Shown here: positions 58,500-64,000 of the stretch, piece by piece
Layout: every line of letters begins with the position of its first letter
Numbering within the stretch: position 1 is the first letter of the stretch
Assembly: GCF_964355755.1 (NCBI RefSeq)
Contig: NC_092672.1
Location: forward strand, 23,263,237-23,327,236
From: Antedon mediterranea
Lineage: Eukaryota; Animalia; Echinodermata
Length of the DNA stretch: 64,000 nucleotides
Reading direction: 5' to 3'
Translations under genes and position numbers: made by a program
Notes under the pieces: model-generated
Told to the model about the DNA's origin: nothing
The model's database searches: none
Seen by the model: only the letters and a program-made list of their open reading frames with translations

Positions 58500-59165
58500 A
58501 AGAATATTCAACTAATAATAGTTTAAATTGACGTTTAAATAAAGCACAGTTATGAGATTTTTAAAGAAATAAAGGGAGAGAATTCCAGAGTTTAGGTCCA
58601 GTGTATACAAGGGTGTTCATTTTAAGACTAGTTCTAGTAAGTGGCAGATGATACTGATCTTTTTGTCTTGTTTGGTGAGCGTGGTATTGTTTATTTTGTG
58701 TGAATTATATTATGGGTAGTGTTCAGGTTAATTGAAGCATGATGACACCAACATTAAATCTGTAGAAGTCCTCAATTTTTAATATTTTATTTTTTCGAAA
58801 GAGATCGTGGGTGTGAGCACGAAAAGTTGCCCCTGAGATAATTCTGACAGCTTGTTTCTGGATTAATAAAATTTTAGTAATAATTGATTTTGAAGCATTT
58901 CCCCTAGCAAGAACACCATAATTTAAGTATGATAAAATAAGAGTAGAATATAAAGTATTTAATACTTTTTGAGGAAATATTGATTTCAATTTATCATAGC
59001 AACATTTTTTGATCAAGTCAAGTCTGTCGTCAATAAATATACCAAGAAATTTTGTGTTGGTTATTTGATTAATAGGAACATTATTGAAAATAATTTCTTT
59101 TGGTAACATACTATATCATTACTAAACAACATAATATTGGTTTTGAGCATATTTATTGATAGCAT
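58500..59165 (-). mobile_element. CR1-group LINE 3' fragment
   Basis: TKFLGIFIDDRL, LYSTLILSYLNYG, QKQAVRII, GPKLWNSLP-type tail. Confidence 0.8.
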
Positions 59166-59548
59166 GTTTGTAAGTTTATGACATTAAAATATGTTATTGA
59201 AATAGAAATTCAATCATAAAAGTACCAATAAATGTTCAATTAATATTTCACATCATTTTTGTAACTGAACAAGCCAAAATGGCCACCATTATGCCCAAAA
59301 TGGCTGCCATTTTATCCAATATGACCACCCTTTTATCTAAAATGGCCACATATATCAATCAATTATATAGGAAGCTATGTTCTAAGATATCACTCCTAAA
59401 AAATTTGTAAAAAAATCACACTTTTTGCAGCTTCCTCAATAAAAACCTATTTAAGATTACAATATTAAATTTCATATGCTGTTTACCAACCATCTCAAGA
59501 AGTCATAGGCCTACAGAAAATATAAACATGGTATGTGAATTATTTATG

Positions 59549-60830
59549 ACTAGATGGTACGCGAGTGAAGCGAACGTACAATTTAGGGGTCCCCACAGAT
59601 TGTTCTCGAATAGAATAGAACCCACCGGGGACATTTTTGGGACACTAAACAAAAACGGAAGTGTCCCTTTAATTGGAGTATTCGGAAATAAAGACAAAAT
59701 ATTGAATACTGGACAATTAATTGATGTGGATTCAAGAAATTGGGGAGAAATGAAAATTGGGATTGGGCGGCACGGGGTGGTGGTGATGGAACCGCAGTAA
59801 TAAAGTTCATTGTATTTATACAGTATAAGAACCACACTAAATAAATACAGTAAGATATTTGGCGATCGGAAATGGTAGCTCTTATTTAGTAACAAATTAA
59901 ACTGTAGTGTACCTCTTATTAAGCTAGGGATTATCAGACAGTTTGCTAAATATTTAGGGCTAATCATCGATTGCGGTGTTAAAGTTCCTGGAAACATTTG
60001 TGTGAAAAAAATGGGATCGAATTCTTGTAATGGGTACTGATTTGTTGGGCCGTGATTTATGACACCTATCTATCTAGACTTGTTTTCGAATAAATGTACG
60101 TACCTATCAGATACACTTGTCTTGTGTCGTATAACAAATAAGTACTGAAGTTAGTATTACATTACAACCTCGTCAAGCTGTTTACAGGAGTAATTAAAAA
60201 CCAAATTGTAGTTGGAGAAAAGAAACTACGAAGCATGTTTATGTTATGTTGTGTGCCGTTATGTTTTCACCATTGACAGCCATTGGAGTGGAGCTGTATC
60301 ATAGAGGTTGGTGTTTGCCTTCCAATCCCAAGGTCCGGGGTTCAATCCTGATTTAGTGCCATATGGTTATACTCGCACTCTTTCAACTGCACTCCCTAAG
60401 CCTCAAATGAGACTTAGTTTAACTGAATGATGCCTATTATCTCTACGATAATCATTTGATTTCAGAACTTGATGTTGTATGAGTAGGCCTAATAAAGTTT
60501 ATTTTGTATTCTTGTTTATGTAACCATGTACACATCAGTAGGCCTAATTAAATATCTGGTTGGATCGTTACCGAAAACGTGAACTATAGCCGCAAAAAAA
60601 AATGACCTAGTTTAGTTCTTATAAGCTATACACTGCCAGTTTGATTAATCTTTATTTATCGGTCGTGGATCTAAATTTGTTTTAATTGTCAATAACTAAT
60701 TATCTAACTAAATTTAATTAGTAAACAGGGTTACATCAGGTGGTTAAAATCAGTACCGAAAGTACGAACCAACTTTATATACCATCGAGTAAAAATTCTA
60801 GAAGTAACATGGATTTACCAAATTTTGCCC
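59549..60830. mobile_element. Insertion specific to copy 2 (Helentron/HINE-like start, with an embedded tRNA-SINE at ~60290-60510)
   Basis: Interrupts homology with the copy 1 intron at 2016/2082; starts ctagatggtacgcgagtgaagcgaacgtac; B-box ggggttcaatcc at ~60337. Confidence 0.55.
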
Positions 60831-61692
60831 TCACATACAGAATACGCAGATTTTAAATTTGAATATGTGTTTACAATCCACTTGACTACCCACATGGTAA
60901 ATATAATAACACTTGGTCAAGTATTAATTTGTAAAGTTATTACTACATAAAAATTGGTGCAGACCTAAAAAAAGGCTATAATTGCAGAGCTATTGCTCAA
61001 AATTGACTGGATATTTTGTGGAGAACTTTTGATATAGTGTGGATAACATATTTATTTCACAATATTAACTTTCAAAATGTAGACCCTGAACGAAATTCAT
61101 TTTCCAGGCCTTTTTTCAGCTACTGCTTATGGCCTAAAAATTAAGTTTGAGAAGGAATTGCATTATATATCTAGCATTCGTGTGTTCTGCCATTGTCAGA
61201 AATATTTTAAAATGTTTTTCAAAAATGTTACTTGCTAATTTATATTTATCATGGGTTAATTGAATTGGTGTAAATTTCAATTCATTATGGATTTTAAGAT
61301 CATCAAGGAATAAGTGGTATTTATATCTAGAGAGCTAGTAGAAAACAATTCCCAGAACATGGATAGATTATTATTGTTTAGTTCATTTTTAAGGTTCATG
61401 AGTATTGGTTGTCTTAAATGCATGAGTTATTTTGCATTGAAATACGAAATAATATACAGTTTCCTTTTCATTACAATTACACATTAAACATATACCTGTA
61501 TTTTTAGGTGACCATGCTTCTTTTCTACCTTCAAGTGGTAGTGAATTGGAGCTGAATTTTAGGCTTGAAGCATGGTAATACACTTATCTAATAGATATTT
61601 TTCTAATTTTGGAGAGGTTTTAGTGAGCAGAAGAATAGTAATTACTTTGTTGCATTGACAAATTACACTTTTGTGCTTTTATATTTTTTTAG

Positions 61693-61848
61693 CCATCTCT
61701 GAAACAGCTTTGGAGAAATTTAAATGGGGGCAAACTAGATGAAAGACTGTTGCAGCATATTTGGAAGGATGAGTCAGATGAGATGATTATCTTCTTTGTG
61801 TCTCTCATGCAAACCTTTGGGTTAATGTGTGAAAAAAAGAGTAAAAAG
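61693..61848 (+). CDS. ROCO copy 2 exon, COR (PSLKQLWRNLNGGKLDERLLQHIWK..)
   Basis: 156 nt, AG/GT bounded; paralogue of 2942-3097. Confidence 0.88.
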
Positions 61849-61933
61849 GTATTTACATTTTATTTAAAATTTTAGTTCAATTATTTGTTCATATATTCCA
61901 TTTACTATTTAAGTTTCATTTTTGTTTCTATAG

Positions 61934-62215
61934 AATGTTGGACGAACGTTCTATGTTCTTTCACGCCTAAAGCCCCAACGTGATAATACAAAAGCTGTTA
62001 AATATGAAGAGAAGCGTGCTATTTCTCTCTTTCATGACTTTGATGGCTACCTACCAGATGATCTCTTCCAACGTGTTGCAACTAAATTTATCGAGGAATT
62101 TCAAATGGAAGATGATGAGCCTAGATTATCTTACGAGCATGTAGAACTGAATATTAATGGCCATCATCTTGTCGTTTTAAACGTAGCTACCATCAACAAT
62201 TGCCGTTTGTTCCAG
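61934..62215 (+). CDS. ROCO copy 2 exon, COR-B
   Basis: 282 nt, open; paralogue of 3179-3463. Confidence 0.88.
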
Positions 62216-62407
62216 GTAAACTTAATAATGCAAGCATGAATTGAATGCCAGTAAAATCACAAGTATTATATTGGGGGATTGTTCTTATGTTAACAGATAT
62301 TAAAATATACACTGTCAGTAACTTTAAATTTACTTGGTTTATTGCCATTTCTGGAATGATATCAGTGGTAATCACGTTGGAATTGATTTGTTTTTTTGTA
62401 ATTGCAG

Positions 62408-62509
62408 ACAACAATTGTCAGAACGAAAATCATGAACACAGAATCAGGAAACAGCTCTCCTGCTAGCCCTTCTAAAGATGATGATCCACAACCTAGCATC
62501 TGTAAGAAG
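62408..62509 (+). CDS. ROCO copy 2 exon (TTIVRTKIMNTESGNSSPASPSKDDDPQPSICKK)
   Basis: 102 nt; paralogue of 3939-4001 with an in-frame 39 nt length difference; the gene continues beyond the window. Confidence 0.82.
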
Positions 62510-62829
62510 GTAAGCTATAAGTACCAAATAAACTAAAATACTTTATGCTACATTGAATTAGCACAAACTTTGAATTTCATTAGTTTAGCTGTTGTTACAG
62601 AAGTGTGTTGATTTTACAATGTTATCTATGTCTAGTATAATTTACTTGCTTGATGATATTTGGTCAGTGTAAATTTATAAGCTCTGTGAATCTGGGTTGT
62701 TTATTGTGTAGTACAAGTAATTTCTTGATATTATTTGGCATACAGTATCTGTGTATCCGAGTTCAAATAATTTTTTTTTAAATGAATGAACAAGACAAGC
62801 CCATCCAGATTATACATGGTCTATGGATA

Positions 62830-63056
62830 TAAGCTTGTTTATTCTTGTAAAGGCGTGTGTTAGATTTTGGATTATTGATTGTGAGTTCAAATCCAATGCT
62901 CGTCGCATTGCTTGTACCAGCTGTATTATATTATGGGAGTATTTTTCCGTACGTGTTTGATCCAAAAATGACCAGGGTAATAATTTATACAGTGCTTAGA
63001 GGTTTCACAACATTAGGTGCTTTATAAATCCAGGAAGGATAATATTATTATTATTC
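62830..63056 (+). mobile_element. Degenerate tRNA-SINE with L2-like tail
   Basis: B-box-like gagttcaaatcc; tail agtgcttagag..attaggtgctttataaat..(TTA)n. Confidence 0.45.
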
Positions 63057-64000
63057 TCTATAAGTCATTTTAAATGTAGTAAATGTGACAGGGACAAGCC
63101 AGATCAGTAGCCTGTTGCAAATATTTCATTTGGAGATAATATATCATTATGCAGCTAATTTTCTGTTTTATAATGGTAACAAAATTATTGTAATCCGACT
63201 TTTAATTACAAAGTTATGGGAAATTTATAACATGTATGTGTTGGAACTCTCTGGATTATGTTTCGGAGAAATGTGTGTTCAAAGTTTACCGACGCGCTGC
63301 TGGACCGTGGTGGCCTTCGCTGAACAGCGAGGCTGAATGAACGCCCGAACAACGGACAAGAGGACACAGAGAACACGGTTTTATTATTGTTCTAGTTATC
63401 AGATGTTAATAAAATTCCGGAATTATTTTGTTTTTATTTTACTCTTGTAACATGCAAAATCTCAGTAAAGTAATTATACACTGCTCTCGCGTTGTGTCCT
63501 GCTTCTTCCTCCCAACCACTGCACACGTGGGTGGATTTTTTAAAGCTACGACATTGTGAGCATGCGCAGTCATGAGCTTTAAAGCCATGTAAGCACAATC
63601 ACAGCCCCGGCTACGGCAGTCGTCGTTAAGGAAAATATTTTTGTTTCTATCACTAAAATTGGTTATCATTGGTTAGGATGAAGAACAACTGAAATCATTG
63701 TCCAATAGAAATACACCTGTTTAAATTAGCTTTATATTCATAGTAAACAAACCAGACCTCGCTTAGAAAATGGTGGTATACGAATACGAAGCTTTTGAAA
63801 AGACGATTCTACATTCGAAAAGTTTTCGACATATTACAAAATCATAGCCTTACAAAATGTGAAAAAATAACAACACAGTATAATTCTAGAATACATAAAG
63901 GTTAGATTTAATAGATACAATTTTTTTTTTTTTTCATTTTTTTTTTGTCAACATGATTTTGCCTATTCTCGGCTGTATCTCAGTTTGGGGATTACCGACC

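Noticed and set aside
59503-59997. Overlapping 164/90/84-aa ORFs
   Set aside because: Inside a copy-2-specific repeat insertion; no recognisable motifs.

Overview
AT-rich, intron-containing eukaryotic DNA, most likely a marine invertebrate (inferred from TE content; not determinable). Two tandem + strand paralogues of a spliced ROCO-type (Roc-COR) gene bracket the window. Copy 1 (exons 2942-8755) shows the COR 3' half, a tandem death-effector-domain (DED) exon with an in-frame stop, a C-terminal transmembrane exon, a frameshifted death-domain exon and a further DED exon cut by a LINE. Copy 2 (exons 50756-62509, running off the window) has ten in-frame exons covering Roc G2-G4 and COR, but no visible P-loop exon. 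Between them lies a ~41 kb nest of mobile elements: two Rex1/Babar LINEs, a decayed Academ-type transposon, a 9-bp-TSD (MULE-like) shell holding an intact Troyka-type Gypsy element (CG...CG LTRs, 3-bp TSD), and a 12.8 kb Foldback-like element (9-bp TSD, ~200 bp TIRs, inverted arrays of an 88-bp hairpin unit). The Foldback-like element carries an RTE-X-like LINE (2A StopGo motif in ORF1, ORF2 in frame behind one UAG), itself hit in frame by an L1/Tx1 copy. Copy-to-copy comparisons reveal recurrent TA->TAGGCCTA insertions. All calls are by eye; no searches were run.
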